Below are positions 1-15,000 of a stretch of DNA of 64,000 bases, piece by piece. Origin of the DNA: Antedon mediterranea (lineage: Eukaryota > Animalia > Echinodermata); NCBI RefSeq assembly GCF_964355755.1, contig NC_092680.1, positions 13,091,045 through 13,155,044 of the forward strand, in the 5' to 3' direction. The notes beneath the pieces were generated by a model. That model had not been told where the DNA came from. It made no database searches and was given only the letters and a program-made list of their open reading frames with translations. Positions within the stretch are counted from its first letter, which is position 1, and each line of letters opens with the position of its first letter. The position numbers and the translations under genes were made by a program.

Positions 1-385
1 TGACTCCCTAGACGGTGAAAAAAGATGGTGGATATACAGTGGATAATTTTTGCTATAGCATGAAAATAAAAAGCTGAAGTTGAATAAAAATATCAGAAAT
101 GTAATATTCAAGTTATATTACCTATATTTAGTCATCTGATAACATTTTTTACCACACCGTTTATTTTTCATAGCTTTTTAAAATGCCTCTCTATTTACAA
201 AATTTGTGTACAAAAGAATAGAGATTTTACTGTGTAATTTGAACTATCTGATAAGAAAGTGCTTATTTTCAACAAGCTTGTGTAACACAAATAAAATCCC
301 AAAAATTATGAAACATAGGGGAAACTATAGATAGATAATTATTGGAATGTATGATCAATAGAAATTTTTTGCCCGCACCTGGCCT
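1..385. mobile_element. Probable right end of a TTAA-inserting (Kolobok-like) non-autonomous DNA transposon, truncated by the window edge
   Basis: Ends ...GCCCGCACCTGGCCT followed by TTAA (386-389), the same CT|TTAA terminus as the other TTAA elements in the window. The left TIR is not visible. Confidence 0.3.
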
Positions 386-850
386 TTAAAGCTCAGTCAA
401 CCAAGATTAAAATATGCAAGGGCACCCCGAAAGTGAACAACTCATTGACAAGATTTATAATAACTGCAAAATTTAAAAAATGGTGCTGCCTGCAATAACC
501 TCTTATAGAGGTCCAAATGGTTCCAAATTTTTTCTAGAAAATATCAGACATATTAGGCCAGCCCAAGGTGTTCGGTATTATATAAATAATTTTTTAATAT
601 TTGTTATAGATTCAATGAACTTTTCAAGACAAAAGAAAAATGGACACTGGAAGAAATTAAACCATATATTGAGTAAGTATTGAACGTTTTAAATGTTTAC
701 AAGATGGGAATACATTAAACACAAATTCACCCGCTTGTTTTTGACGGGCACGTCCATTATACTATAAGAGACAGTCTCCACCCCTTTGACTTTTTCTTAA
801 AATTTTTACAGTTGTTAATAATTGTTAGTCAACTTAAACTATTGTTAGTT

Positions 851-2522
851 GGGGTGTGTAGAAAGCGACGACCTCGAATTGGACGACCCCAACGACCCGG
901 GCGACCTCGAATTGAACGACCTCGAATTGAACGACCCATAACACGAAACCGACGACCCCTATAGCCTAGCCTAGCCTAGGCCTAAGTGTGGTATAACATC
1001 CCGAAGCCGAACATAGCCAAAGATCTTTAAACTATACCTTATTATATAATACTCGCAAGCAAGCAATTGATTGAAAAAATACAGAAATATCGCCATTTGA
1101 TACTGATTGTGTCGACACGAACAAACGAAAAGATATGGAACGCCAAGAGTGCATCATTAAAACTGCATTCGACATATTAAAAATAAATTAAAAAGAAATA
1201 AATATTATACAATACATGGTTTAACCATGGACGTATAATTACATCTCGTCTTCTTATAACGAACACTATAGGCCTACCAAGCAGCGTAACATGTGCGTCT
1301 TTTACGACATTTCGCGTAGTGATAGAGTGGTGTCCTAGTAGGTCCTACATAAGTTCATGGTCTTTAGGTTTATTGTGTCATGAAAATAAATAATAATTAC
1401 ATACTACAATTTTGTTGGTTTGAAACAGCAAAGGAAAGTAGTCATATTTAATAATTTAATTGTTTTTAATCTTTCAAGGTAAAAATGCAGTGCACTCCAT
1501 AATATTTTTCTCGCGTGTATGCCTACCACGTAAAATCACGTTGTCTCTCAGGACTAATAGAGTATTGATATTCTTCGAATGAGGTTAAATAATTATTATT
1601 TTTTATTTACTATCTTTTAATATCATATTTTATTGAATTTTACAATGATAATACACAAAATATTTTACTAAAAAACGGTGATTTTATGCAATTATTTTAC
1701 TTCAACTGCTGCCTGAGGGGGCAACATGTTTACGTCATTTTTGGCTAAAAACGATCATTTTCGGTCATGTTTTAGACCTTATATTTTGGAATCTACAAGT
1801 CAGATATTCATAATTATTTCTCTTTAATTATAATATTTAATAATATATACTAAAAACCGTGATATATAAACTTTGGAATATACATCGTTATATCTAATAA
1901 TTAATATAAATAGAACTTCTATTAAATAGAAACGAGCACCGGCGAAAGTAAGCATTTGGCGTTTCATAGAAAATAACGTTTTTCTGGCGGCGCCTCAACT
2001 TGTCGGCGGCTCAACTTGGCCTAATCCTGCATGGGGAGGGCCATAAGAAAGCTTTACATTTCACACATGCATTGTATACGGTACCGTCAAACCATGGAGG
2101 TATAAAAATATTTTTATACCTCCATGGTCAAACCGTCAAACCTTACCTGCCGCTGAAAAAGAGGCCTGGTTTGCCATGTTTATGATATTTCGTGTGCTAA
2201 TCGAGTCGAATGCAGTTTTAATGATGCACTCTTGGCGTTCCATATCTGTTCGTTTGTTCGTGTCGACACATTCAGTATCAAATGGCAATATTTCTGTATT
2301 TTTTTCAATCAATTGCTTGCTTGCGAGTATTATATAAGGTATGGTTTAAAGATCTTTAGTTATGTTCGGCTTCGGGATGTTATATCATACTTAGGCCTAG
2401 GCTAGGCTATTATAGGGGTCGTCGGTTTCGTGTTATGGGTCGTCCAATTCTAGGTCGTCCAATTCGAGGTCGCCCGGGTTGTTGGGGTCGTCCAATTCGA
2501 GGTCGTCGCTTTCTACACACCC
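851..2522. mobile_element. Non-autonomous Mutator/MULE-like DNA transposon with long TIRs
   Basis: Imperfect inverted repeats of about 330 bp (GGGGTGTGTAGAAAGCGACGACCTCGAATTGG... / ...CCAATTCGAGGTCGTCGCTTTCTACACACCC), flanked by an exact 9-bp direct repeat TTGTTAGTT (842-850, 2523-2531). A 9-bp TSD with long G-starting TIRs is typical of MULEs. No transposase ORF. Confidence 0.85.
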
Positions 2523-4114
2523 TTGTTAGTTGATATAATTAATGTTATTCTGTTCAGCATTTTTTTGTTATATTTTTTAGTACCAGCATATATGTGTCAT
2601 TGTTTATTTCATTCAGTAAAACTTACATCTCAGTAAAGTGGTACAGCCCTGCATGGTTAATTAAGCCTAGGAAGATTTTTAAAATCAAAAACACAATGCA
2701 CAAATATTAAATTGGCAAAAAAACACAAAAACAATTGTAATGCAGAAATTGTATTGTCAAAATGATAATAAATATTATTTTATTTCTTGTAGCATAAAAC
2801 CCCAGTAAAAATTAACTACAAAGTAAACACATATAATATGCATAATATGCACATATATTAAATTTACTCACATACATTATTGTAAGTTGTTAAATTCCCT
2901 TATATTTTAGCTAAAAGCAAAAATGAATTCCTAAATATCTTGGTTTTAATATTAACAGACCTGAATGGTTAATTATTAAATACTCATGTAGTAGGTGTTT
3001 TACATCAGACATTAATAGAACATTTGTATACATGAGTTCATTGTACAAGGGGTCAACATTAACCAACTTGCATTATACCAAAAGTTATCTATAGTATAGT
3101 ATAGTCAGTCCTAGTGGCGCTATTTCACCTGATGTAACAGATTGTGCAGATTGTCTGACAGATGGTGGAATAGTAATAGTAGTACAGACATTAAACTTTT
3201 CATTTTCACAGATTTTTAATAATTTAATTATTTATATTATACTGTACTTTGTTTAATGAGGTTGACTCAAAATAGCAAAAGCTGTTGCTTAAAATAGTTT
3301 TAGCGGTTAATTTAACCATGGACATATAAATTAGTTTATATTAATACAATAGAATTAAATTAATAGATTAAATCAATAAGTCTAATTGAACCAGATGTTT
3401 TTATTGAATGCACAGGTGAAACTGATAGCTTTTGCTATGAATTTAATTGAAACACTCCACTGACCCACCGACGCAGATCCTGGGGGGACGGGAGACATGT
3501 TCCAGGGGCAGGCTCACCCACCTTTATAAGTCGACAAATGTCAACACAACACCCACAACACTTTAGGTACCCCAAAGTATGATACTGTTCATTTCTCACC
3601 CACACATTTTTACCGTTTTTTACACCACTTCACTTCACTTCACTAGACTTCACTAACTACATCCCATAATAATCAAAAGTTTTCTTTAAATAGAAACAAT
3701 GTTTGGAAGTTTGTTTTGTATTCAAAATAATTTCTTTTGTCTAATTATCAACAATTACCTACAGAACAGATTATAACAACAAAACAAAATAAACAATACA
3801 TTTTTTTTTTCAAAGTAATTCTCAAGTCAGTCAATGTAACAATAATAATGATCATGTATAAATAATTATGTTTTTCTTGCAGAGGGTTGTCTTCAGAAAA
3901 AGTGTCAATTGGAGCTTTACTACAGAAGAATGCTAGGGCCTCTACTGGATCTAATGGTGTTAAATTATTCAATTCTAAACATTCTGTTAAAAAATAAAAG
4001 GCGAAAAGAAAATAAATTATACAATGATGTTATTTATATTGTTAATTTGTTACAGTTGTGTTGATCCGTCACTGTGATTGGTTGAATATCTTGCTGTGTA
4101 TTATTGTTTCTTAA

Positions 4115-4418
4115 AGATGTATTGTCACCCAAAAACATGAAAAATTAAGATTAATTAAATCAGACTATAAATAGGTTAGGTTAATCACTTAATGTTTTCA
4201 CTTAGAAAAAGACAAAATAAATGGACAAATTCAAACAAAAACACATTGGCTGGCAGCCAATTTGACTATGTTTCGCTTTCAATTTCATATTTTTTTCAAT
4301 CCAATTTTTAGTCAAAGTGGATAACTATTATGGAATATTTAATAGCATAATATTCAACAACAAAAATGTTTAAGAAAAAAATGTAAAAATTATTTTTTTT
4401 CCGGTAGACCATACATCT
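4115..4418. mobile_element. TTAA-TSD MITE (AGATGTATTGTC family, Kolobok-like), short subfamily
   Basis: TTAA|AGATGTATTGTC ... GACCATACATCT|TTAA. The interior is homologous to 5433-5766 and (inverted) to 62392-62648. Confidence 0.8.
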
Positions 4419-5432
4419 TTAATACTGTTAACAGTCTTTTAAGGAGAGTCGCGATTGATTCCTAGCTAGATTTTACACTTCGGTTCATTGTGTACACTCG
4501 CATTTTATACTAATTCGTGGTAGATGAAAGAAAACAATTTCAAGTAACATTTCGTTATCTTTCAATCCATACAAATTCAGAAAATGTTTGATAAGAGAGC
4601 ATGGAGCAGGTAAACACAAAAAAACACCATAATATATTTTTAGTAACTCAATATCAAACAATATTTAACGAAAAACATATACTGTATTAGGAATAGGCTT
4701 ATTCTATTGCGAGTCCATTATTAATCTACATACGTGTATTATGTACACGTGGTATACGGAACGATGTTTGCAATGGAATGCATGGTTTTTATTGGCTGAA
4801 TACTTTAAGATTGAGAATGTACTGTTTGATTTGATTTTTAGCTATAATTTATTAGCAGCATCAGTGTTACGTGAGGTATATACACAACGATGTTTGCTAT
4901 GGAATGCATGGTTTGTATTGGCTAAATACTTTAAGATTGGGAATGTACAATTGTTTGATGTTCTACATCTTTCTGTGTGAAATCAAGTGCTTATTCCACT
5001 ATAGAAAATATCAAGATTTGTGCTTATCTAACTGAAGAAAAAATATGTGAATGTAAAGCTTTTTTTAACTAGCATAAATCAAATCAACAAATTCTCAAGA
5101 CAGAACACATCTTTCGAGTAAGATTTTTACAACGGGCAGGAGAGCTGAGTAATAAGAGGTATTGTTTTGTATTATTATCGCCAACATGTTTAGTTAGTCG
5201 TCTAGTGTGCTGCTAAAATTACATTAGTAGGTGAATAAGCCTCCAGAGTAACATAGGCTGTAGTTAAAACAATTGATACAGTTTGCATGAGTGTAGTTTT
5301 CCTAGTTAGATTAGCTAATCTGTTATTATTACAGTATTATCATTTTTTTAAATATTGGAAGAAGCCGACTTGCATGGTATGACGACGACATTCATGCCTA
5401 TAATAATTATGATTATTTCTATCCAGCATTAA

Positions 5433-5766
5433 AGATGTATTGTACCGCAAAAACATGAAAAATGAAGATTAATTAAATCAGACTTTGAATAGGCTATGTT
5501 ATTTTGTAGTTTTAATCAAGTTAATCACTTCAATAAAAAAAACACGAAAAAATCATGTTTTCACTTATAAAATGACAAAATAAAAATTCAACCAAAAATC
5601 AGTCAATTTGACCGTTTTTTTGCTTTAAATTACATTTTTTTCAGGTGAATTCTATTTTTCCGATCCAATTTTTTGTCAAAGTGTTGACATTGTTGACTAT
5701 TGTGTTACATTAAAAAGGAATATTCAACAAAAATGAATTATTTTTTTGCAGGGGGACAATACATCT
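5433..5766. mobile_element. TTAA-TSD MITE (AGATGTATTGTC family), short subfamily
   Basis: TTAA|AGATGTATTGTACC ... GGGGACAATACATCT|TTAA; interior matches 4115-4418. Confidence 0.8.
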
Positions 5767-6699
5767 TTAATGCTGCACATTCAAATGATAACAGATTAGG
5801 TATGCATTTACATAATAAACAATGGTAAAGGCGGCGATTAACCTCACTCTCTTGCAAAACAAAAGCGTTATAGTTCGGAGTTTCATATCCTGAAGCCATT
5901 AGAACATTTCCACAATAAAACATTGTTGACCCATTAACTATATCTGTCTACCAGGATATCATTATCATTATATGTAAAACCAGCATTATAAATGTGAGTA
6001 AACTGTTCTTTGCAACCATTACTTTGTTGTTTTTTTTTTTAATTTAGGCAGTTTTTACAATTAACCACAAACAAGCATCAAGTTAAGATTGTGGATGAAG
6101 GTAGTTCCTATTTTTAGTTTGAGTTTCTAGAATGAAGTGATAGTTATATTATGCGCAACGATACATTCACAGACCGTTCAATTCTGATGATTTTGTATTA
6201 TTATAAACACCGCGCGGCAAAATGTTAAATGCAATCACAATTAACGGCGTCAAGTAAAGTTTGGATATTTGGGTAAAAAAAAACTAGCATACTGAAGAGG
6301 ACAGTCAAGTTTGATGAGTTGGTAATAATACTACGAATAATTTATTAGACGCTATTCGCCAGGAAGGACTCAACTCAAACTGGAAAGAAGTAGAAAAATA
6401 AAATAAAAGGTAAGTTCTGAGAAGAATAACATATATGATAAACTGAGATGTTGACGAAAATTGTTTGTATGATGTTAATGTAACGTTGGTATTTTAGTGT
6501 ATCCGTTACTATATCATTATAGTCTCAGCGGCAGGATTTCACACAGTCACAGAAATGTACAAACAGTAATTATGGTTTTGTCCAGATACAGTTTTATTTC
6601 AATACTAAATATAATACAGTCTGTTCTGGCTAACTCACAAACGTTTTCTCTCTATTTATAAACGTTTTATTCTATCAGGCTCTTCTTTTCCTTCTCTCT

Positions 6700-7420
6700 T
6701 CTCTTACCAGTATACATTCATATTTAAGGAACGGTCCTAATTAATTTGCATGTACTGGGAGGGGACTATTTAGTAAAGGGAACATTCCTTGATGATGAGG
6801 AAACAGTAATTGATTAAGGATGTGGGTTATAGGATAGTGAACAAAGAGTACCTATGGATAGGAAGAAAATGTTAATAGATGGAGTAGGGAGAAATAGTGA
6901 AAAAGGGTTGTTGATCTGATGGTCAGAGTGTTACATTAAGATAGATTATGATATTGTAAAAGAGGCTATCCTAATGGCAAAGAATAATAAGTCACCAGGT
7001 CTAGATAATATAACAAATTAATTAATTAAGAATGATGGCGACAAATTTCAGTAGGGTGCTCTTTAAGTAGAATAATAATATAGATAAACTAGAGCGTCTC
7101 CAGCTCCAAATGGCGCGTTATATCTTAAAAGCACCTCGAAATACATCTTGTGCCGCCTTATATGGAGAGCTTGTTTGGTCTCCAATTAACGAGATCCATA
7201 ACGCTATTCGTATGAAATATTTCCATAGAATTATAAAGATGAATGGAGAATTGAATTACAAAATAGGATAGAGGTTGATTGAGGTTGTTTTTGCATTTAT
7301 ACTACTATAATGTGTATGTAATTCATTAGGCCTAATTGTTATATTTTATATTGTTATTGTGAAGGATGCACCTTTGTGCCAAGTGTGCCACCGATCTGAA
7401 GGTGTAATTCCAAATAAAGA
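6700..7420 (+). mobile_element. Highly degraded non-LTR retrotransposon (LINE) remnant
   Basis: Broken frames give KNNKSPGLDNIT (~6980) and LERLQLQMARYILKAPRNTSCAALYGELVW (~7090), motifs that flank the RT domain in LINE ORF2. The RT core is deleted. Confidence 0.5.
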
Positions 7421-7722
7421 AATTGAAAACAGAACCGATAATCGAGGAAAGCGTACAGGTCAACAATCTACACACCCTTAGTTTAATAACATTTTGTTTC
7501 AATCGTAAAACGTTATTTGGAAAAATGAATCTATCTATCTATAGCGAAAACAAGACAAATTGCTTTTTGTAATCATTTTGGATTCGTTTATCTTCCATAA
7601 AAATTTATATCTGTAATGTTTATGGATAATGTTCATGGTTCGGTGCTTACATTTCCTGAATTTTCACGAATTTATCAAACCACTAAGAGAGGTAAGGCAT
7701 AGGCCTATATTTCTACAGACGT

Positions 7723-7758
<36 letters not shown>

Positions 7759-7959
7759 TCAATCAAAACCAACAGCGATAAATACCGCCACTAACAGGTT
7801 TGAAACATAAAACAATACAACATCAAAAACGGTTAACAAAAAAATACAGCTTAAAGTGGTGGATTTTGTTCACTAAGGGCGAAGGATTGGTCATAGCAAT
7901 AAGTAACTATAGCCATCATAACCATAGATGGAAAATAGAAATAGAAAATAGCTGAGCAT

Positions 7960-8335
7960 CACCATAGATAGCAAGAAAATAGCTGTGCAATTGCTATACT
8001 TGATACAGCCGCATAAATAGCAAATTAATAAATAACTGTGAAATTGCTATAGGCCTACTTCATATAGCAAAAATAGCCGTGTAATTGCTTTACTTGATAA
8101 AGCCATAAATAGCAAATAAATAGCTGTGTAATTGCTATACTTAATATAGCAAAAATAGCAAATAAATAGTTGTGGAATTGCTATACTTGATAAAGCCATA
8201 AATAGCAAATAAATAACTGTGTGATTGCTATACTTGATATAGCCATAAATAGCCTACAAATAGCTTGCAATTGTTATACTTGATACAGCATAAATAGCAA
8301 ACAAATAGCTGTGTATTCTAATAAATAGCCATAAA
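7960..8335. repeat. Minisatellite, roughly 45-50 bp degenerate unit
   Basis: About 7 repeats of AATTGCTATACTTGATA(T/A)AGCCATAAATAGCAAATAAATAGCTGTG. Confidence 0.85.
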
Positions 8336-9001
8336 TGCCATTGTGTATCTGTTTCCTAGTTCAGTTAATAACATTATAGCATTTGCAGATAACATTGACA
8401 GTTGCAGGTCATAAATGACTTTCCAATGCTTTCAAAACAATGGAAAGAATTCATGTTAACCTGAAAATGTCATTTGTGTGGATGTCGTTGATACCGGGAA
8501 ATTATTTATTTATTTATCAATTTAAAATTATGAAATACGTATGTTTCTATTTTAGACCTCCAGCCCGTAGACGAATTCAAATTAATGTTTTGTTCAAAAA
8601 CAACAATCAAACCATTTTCAGTTTTAAACAATTAAAATATTTTTTAAGCCAAGATAACTTTCTTCTGTCATCAGAAAAATGTTATTCTGTTAGGAAAATC
8701 TGTGTTCTGTAAAACATTTTTAGTTAACTTGCCGGTGGTAGTTGCTTTAGACCGGACGGACGTTCTCAAATTATTGAAGAATGTTTAGGCCTACCTTTTT
8801 TTTTACGGCGAAGTACCAATACTCGATTACAGGATATAAAGTATTACAATCATTTAAGAATGTTTTATTTTTGTTAATGAGTATACTCTAATAAAACATT
8901 TTGTCAAATCCTAAACATTAAATAGTAACCACCTAACAAAAGATGTTCATTTTCTTTAGATTCTACAGTGAGTTGTTGAGCAGCAACGTTCATAACTGAA
9001 G

Positions 9002-12000
9002 ATGAATAAGATTTTGCTTCGTTTCGTGTACGGATTGGGTATTCTCTCGATCAGTGTGTTTTATTATACTCACGACATAAACCTGTATATACATTATTTA
9101 AGAAGATCAACCTTAACAAATGGCAGTTATCGTTCCAGTCAAGGAACTCACGAAAAAGACCAAAAGACAAATTATTTGACCAATTCGTTGACAAATGATG
9201 TATATCATCCTTTTCAACCAAAACATTATTTGTAAGTATTAGCATGGAGGAAATATATACAGATATATGTATATATTTACTCCATGGTATTAGCTTCAAT
9301 TCAATTATTTGCATATGTTACGACTATAAGGCACACTGTGGAGCGAACGACTGATTGACTGCTGACGTTCAACTGGCGATTGAATGAGATGAGATGGAAA
9401 CAAAATACAAGAGATGACTGGAAACTGTCCCTAATAAGAAGTAGTAAATATTTTGTACGAACGGTTGAGAACTGCTGTTGCCTTATAATTAACAAATACT
9501 AACGAAAAGGAGTTGTGGCTATATTAATTATAGAAAATAATGTCTAATGTTGTTCTTATCTTTAATGTTAAACAACTTTATTTCTAAAATAAATAAATAA
9601 AGCCATGTTCAATAGAATATGAACCCGAGGGGCGTAGTCTGGTCCACCTGTTTAGACCTAGGTCTAACATTTTCAAAGTAAAAGTGCAATTTATGAGAAA
9701 CTAGCAGCTTTATTTTTCAAAATTGTCTAGCTCAGCCCCAACCATGGTAGAGTGTTGCTAAAGTGCGAGCCAGGGAGGCATGCAATTCGTGCATTTCATG
9801 CAATCCATGATGAGAATTTCAATAGAACAAAAAATGGAAAGAGACTCACTCACAAGACCTAATTTTATTATTTTTTCAATTTACAAAACAATTACAACGA
9901 TGAATCAGTCGACTGAGCTAACAGGTCATCTTGTTTATAGTTAGATTAATACTAGTTTCGTTCCCTCATGATGTATATCATGACGTAACGATTAGAATGA
10001 CGTATTTAATGAAGCTTTTTTTTTTTTAAATATGAACTTCTTTCAATAAAATGTGTTAAAAAGATAAGATTTGTTAAAATGATAATGTTTTGAAATGAAC
10101 CCAAACCCGATTTGAGGATAAATTGTGCATATTTTATGCGACAGAAGGTGGCTGGCATCAGACCACGTGTGGAAAATGCCTACGTTGGAAGCATCCCCTT
10201 TAACACATATAGCAATGAATGTAAATAGTTATTGATTACGTATGCCATTACAGTTAACTATGTATTTATGACTGTAGGAATCGCAAAGATATTCTCTAAA
10301 TCTCTCATTAAAAATAAAAGGAAAACAAAATATTTATTTTTCATTAAAAACTCTAGGCTTGACATTTTCAACCCTCTAAATATCTCTCTTTCCAAAAGAG
10401 CATTAACCGTTACGCCACAAAGTAGTACATGACTGAACAGATGATAATAGTCTATTTATACGTGTATTAAGTAATTCATTATTACGGCATAAATATCCTA
10501 TTAACCTTGTTAAACCCAAAATGACCAGTTAGCTCAGTCGCCTGAACGTCGTGTTGACACACGTGTCGTGGGTTCGATTCCCAGCTGATCGGTGAAATAG
10601 AGTTATGCGACCACTGTGTTTGGGGTTCACAGAATTATACGTCCCCCTTTCCACCACACATCATGAGGCGACAACATCAATGCATCTGGTGATGTGCTGG
10701 AAACGACCCCAAAAGGCCTTAGTGCTGAGGCAGGGAGAGCACATTTAACATCTTTTTTTTCGCGCCGCGGCTCTAGCCAGCTATGTCCCAGGAGGACACA
10801 TTCATTAATAAGCTGTTTCATAGCGGTAGCTTTAGTATCTAAGGCTGACAGTTTTGTGAATTTGGAAACTCGACTATAATTTATAGGTAGCTGCTGGACC
10901 CAAAAAACGTCTGGGAGAAGAGAGTCTATATGAAAGCCTTTGCTGATAATACAGTATTATTGAGATGTAGACGGAAATCTGTAAAATCTTGATCAATAAA
11001 TAATAACTTCGTTTTTGCTGTCAACCAGGGCGGTATTATAATAAGTCACTGTCAAATAATCATTCGATAATGGTCAAAACTTTATTTTGGCTCTGTCAAC
11101 ATAAAGGGAGGTATTTACAATGACTTTCTTTGACTTTCAATCTAGGCCAATGTTATAATAATACGCCGTCAGATATTAAATCATTGAAACAGTCCTCGTA
11201 AATTTTTTGTTGGTTATCAGATGCCGTGGGGGGTCCAATCAATTATCGTCAGAAGGTGAACAATCAGTCTACAGAAGATTATTAGGAACGCCTGCTCCAT
11301 TAATTAATCCAGAAAAAGGTTTGAACATTATCTATTTGTTTATTAGCCTTCTCCTAACACAATTATATTTTCTTTAAAAAAAAGGTTTTATAAGTGGTTT
11401 CAACATTTATGATAGTAATGTCACAGTTCTGTGTCTGGACGCAAGTTCATAGACCTACTAGTTATATTATTCATATTAACTGATACTTACTCTTCATTTA
11501 CCGTAAAGTTCAGTTTTAATGAAATATATAATATAAATTGGCTTCGTAACAATTAATTAGTTTTGAAAAGGTTAGTTTTTTGGTGATAGGTGAAAATGAC
11601 ATGTAACTTCGTAATCAATTTATTTTTTTTGTATAAAGGCCCAATTACACTATGACGATAACGACAGACGATAAATATATAGCATGCATTTTTTTAACAT
11701 AAACCAAAAGAAATTAGAAAGGTTTTCGTTCTAGACCTATAGGATAATCATTTATGCTGTCTTTGATAAAAATAATGTTTTTCAAATTCCAATCAAATGA
11801 CGTCATGATAAATAAAAACAATAAAATCGCTGTATTGTCACGATATTATTGGTCTTACTAATCATGACGTCATTTGATTGGACGTGTGAAAATATAATTT
11901 TCATCAAAGGAATTGTTTATATTTCTTTTGGTTTATGTATTAAAAATGCACATTTGTCTATTTATCGTCGATAGTTATCGTCCTAGTGTATGGGCCTTAT

Positions 12001-15000
12001 GCTGTAAATGTTCAATTAATTGATCATTCCGATTTTATTAGTTTGACTCTTGCACAGTTGCTGTCTAATCGTTGTTGTGTAATATCATTTCGAACCATAT
12101 TAAAATCATAAAGAGATTCATATTCCTTAACATGTGGCTGTGCATGGAAGTCTGGTCTACAACTCGGCCCCGGGCCTGAAAGTGTTGGTGAATTCATAAT
12201 TATACTTAATATTATATATATAAACACAACAGGCATAGAAATAAATTCCAAACCGCCCGGTGATACACTGAAAATTATTTAATTAATTTTTGAAACGATA
12301 AAGATGAGGAAATCTGGGAGTGTTGAAACATTTCAATATTCATTTAAAAAAGTACATTAATTATGGTATTGATCAGTGCCTATAGAGGCGTAAAAACCCT
12401 CGGTCAATATCATGTAAAATGCACTGTGGAAGGGTCATTATTAAGACTGCAAAATTGGGCTTATCAAATACTTTCGTTCAAAATGTAAAATCAAGGCTGA
12501 AAAATTGGGCTTATCAACAACAAAATATTTTATTATTAGACGCGATAACATCAAGGATAATCAGTATAATTATTAATATAGCCACTGTTACTAGTTTTAT
12601 TCTACATGCTAAAGTAAATAAAAATCCACTAGAAAACAAGCAAGTCTGAATGTTATGCTTATTAGCCATGTTATGTTTGTTACTGTAGGCCTATGATTGT
12701 TTGCAATGTCCACATATTATTTCCGTGGGCATATCCATAGTGTATCACTCACAAAAAAGACGTGTGAGGTTCTTTCTTTAGATTTTGAAGAATGATTTGT
12801 GTTACAAGAGTCAAATGCTCAAGATATCGGCTAACGCCATGGGACCCTTGGCTTATCAATGAATAATAAATACAGTACTACTTTCGTTCAATTGAAATCG
12901 GAATCTGACCGTTTCATTAAATTGGGTGTGATTAGGCCTAAACATATAATAATTTATTAAAAAGGTACAATAAAAACAAATGCATCAGAGGCGTAAAGAA
13001 CCCACGGTCAATATCATGTAAAATGTATATGGTATAAGCACTGTGGAAGGGGTCATTATTATTAAACTGGAAAATTCGGCTTATCAACAAATAAATACTT
13101 TCGTTTAAAATGTAAAATAAGACTGCAAAATTGGGCTTATCAACAAATAAATACTTTCGTTCAAAATGTAAAATAAGACTGCACAGTTGGGCTTATCAAC
13201 AAATAAAATACTTTTTTTCAAAATGTAAAATTAAGACTGGAAAATTGGGCTTATAAACAAATAAATACTTTTTTTCAAAATGTAAAATTAAGACTGGAAA
13301 ATTGGGCTTATAAACAAATAAATACTTCCGTTCAAAATGTAAGAAAACATTTTTTAAATATAATCCTTAAGCTCTGTCTATACTATCAAACTAAATAAAA
13401 TATGATGTGCCCATATTATATAGACACGGATGTCATATCACTACGATAATCGGGCATATCACTACCATATTTGGGCACATCACACTTTTTTTGTTAAACT
13501 AGTTGGGACAGTGTAGACACAGAACTATGTGATCGAAACATAAGTCGGAATTGGACTGACGCGATTGATTTAATTGGGTATTTTTATTAATGTAATGATT
13601 CATTAAAAACTATAATACCGATACGCGTTTGGTATTGATCAATGGTGCAAAAAACCCTGAGAAATAATGTTATAACGCGATTTGGTGATAGCTTAGCAAT
13701 AATACAACCCATATACTATTATTATAAATACCTATTACAAATCCATTCATATAACTTTTCATCGCGAACCGAAAATGTATAAATGTTATTCTACAGACAG
13801 TAATTATATATTCAAAAGCCATATTATTATTATTATCAATACCTAAATGCGATAGTAATAACCATATACATTATTCCCAATACAAATTTGTGCGTTTAAT
13901 TCTAGAAAGAAACGACTGTGCTGACAGGCCAATGACATAAATCACAAGTAAAGTCCCAATTGTTCACTTGCGTTTTGATTGGCCGACCTATTATATTAGA
14001 TTAATGAAGACTGTTCTTACAACTGTCCAGTCAAAAAGTTACGCGGCGTTTTTTGTAAGAAATATTTCTTGTTTATTTATTATTTTTTTTCAACCTGTAT
14101 TCGATCTCGTAAGTTTTATGTTTGCCGCCCTCAATTTTAAATTAAATTGAATTTATTATTTTATTTATTTAACATCTTTTATTTTTTGTCCACCTGCTGC
14201 TCTATTTCGATCTCATACATTTTATGTTTAGCGCCCTTAATTTATCTCGATATCATCGCGTACGTATGTTTACAGCACACGGCAAACGAGTTGGACAAGT
14301 TAGTACTCAATATTCAATGAATGAATCCATGACGAGATGTATTGAAACCTGTATCTGAGCTAAAATACAAATTTTTGTCCACCTGTCTTCGATCTCGTAA
14401 AATTTATATTTAATGCCCCTATTTTAAGAACACAAAAAGCCGCCTAAAACTTTTTAGTTGCATCTGGATAGTTGAATTTTAACATTACCTTACATATCGT
14501 AGATGATTTAATTATTGTAATTTTTTTTATGAATTGTACTAAAAGGAAAGTTAGTAATTATGATTTTGTGTGTCACGGCTGTTTGTATTTTAACATTGTG
14601 TTCCGCTCTTGATACACATGCATTGTTTGTCTCGCTGGTTCGCATTTCGGCAGCACACTTTCCATTGTGGTAGGGCTGTTCTGATCCTGGAACCCTTTAT
14701 TTTTCGTTTTCTATTTCAAAGTGTAAGTGTAATTTCCGGGGACAAGCAGCTCCATTTTCCACATTTGTCTTGGCTCCGCCCAAATCACGGTGGGCTTGTA
14801 CTGGACACTTATAATATTTCTTTTCATATTTTAATGGATAAGTGCAATTTCAAAATTGTCTTGGCTTAGCCCAAATTATGATGAGGCTGTTGTCATGATG
14901 AGTCCTATATAGTTTATTAATAATTTCAAATTATGTGCCATTTTCTGGAGACCTAGCAGCTATATCTACAATTGTTGCACCCTTCAGAGAGCAAACCGCC

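Noticed and set aside
3883-3985. Possible minus-strand exon (ECLELNNLTPLDPVEALAFFCSKAPIDTFSEDNP) with an acceptor-like TTTTTAACAG
   Set aside because: Only a GC-type donor, no recognisable domain, and no linkable partner exons.
7726-7756. Long poly-T tract, possible retrocopy tail
   Set aside because: No associated processed gene or TSD could be identified.
10627-10879. Overlapping GC-rich short ORFs
   Set aside because: They lie within the SINE-like body and lack splice or domain support.
14020-14474. Degenerate inverted repeat (CAACTGTCCAG.../...CTGGATAGTTG) suggesting an old MITE
   Set aside because: TIRs too diverged and no TSD found.
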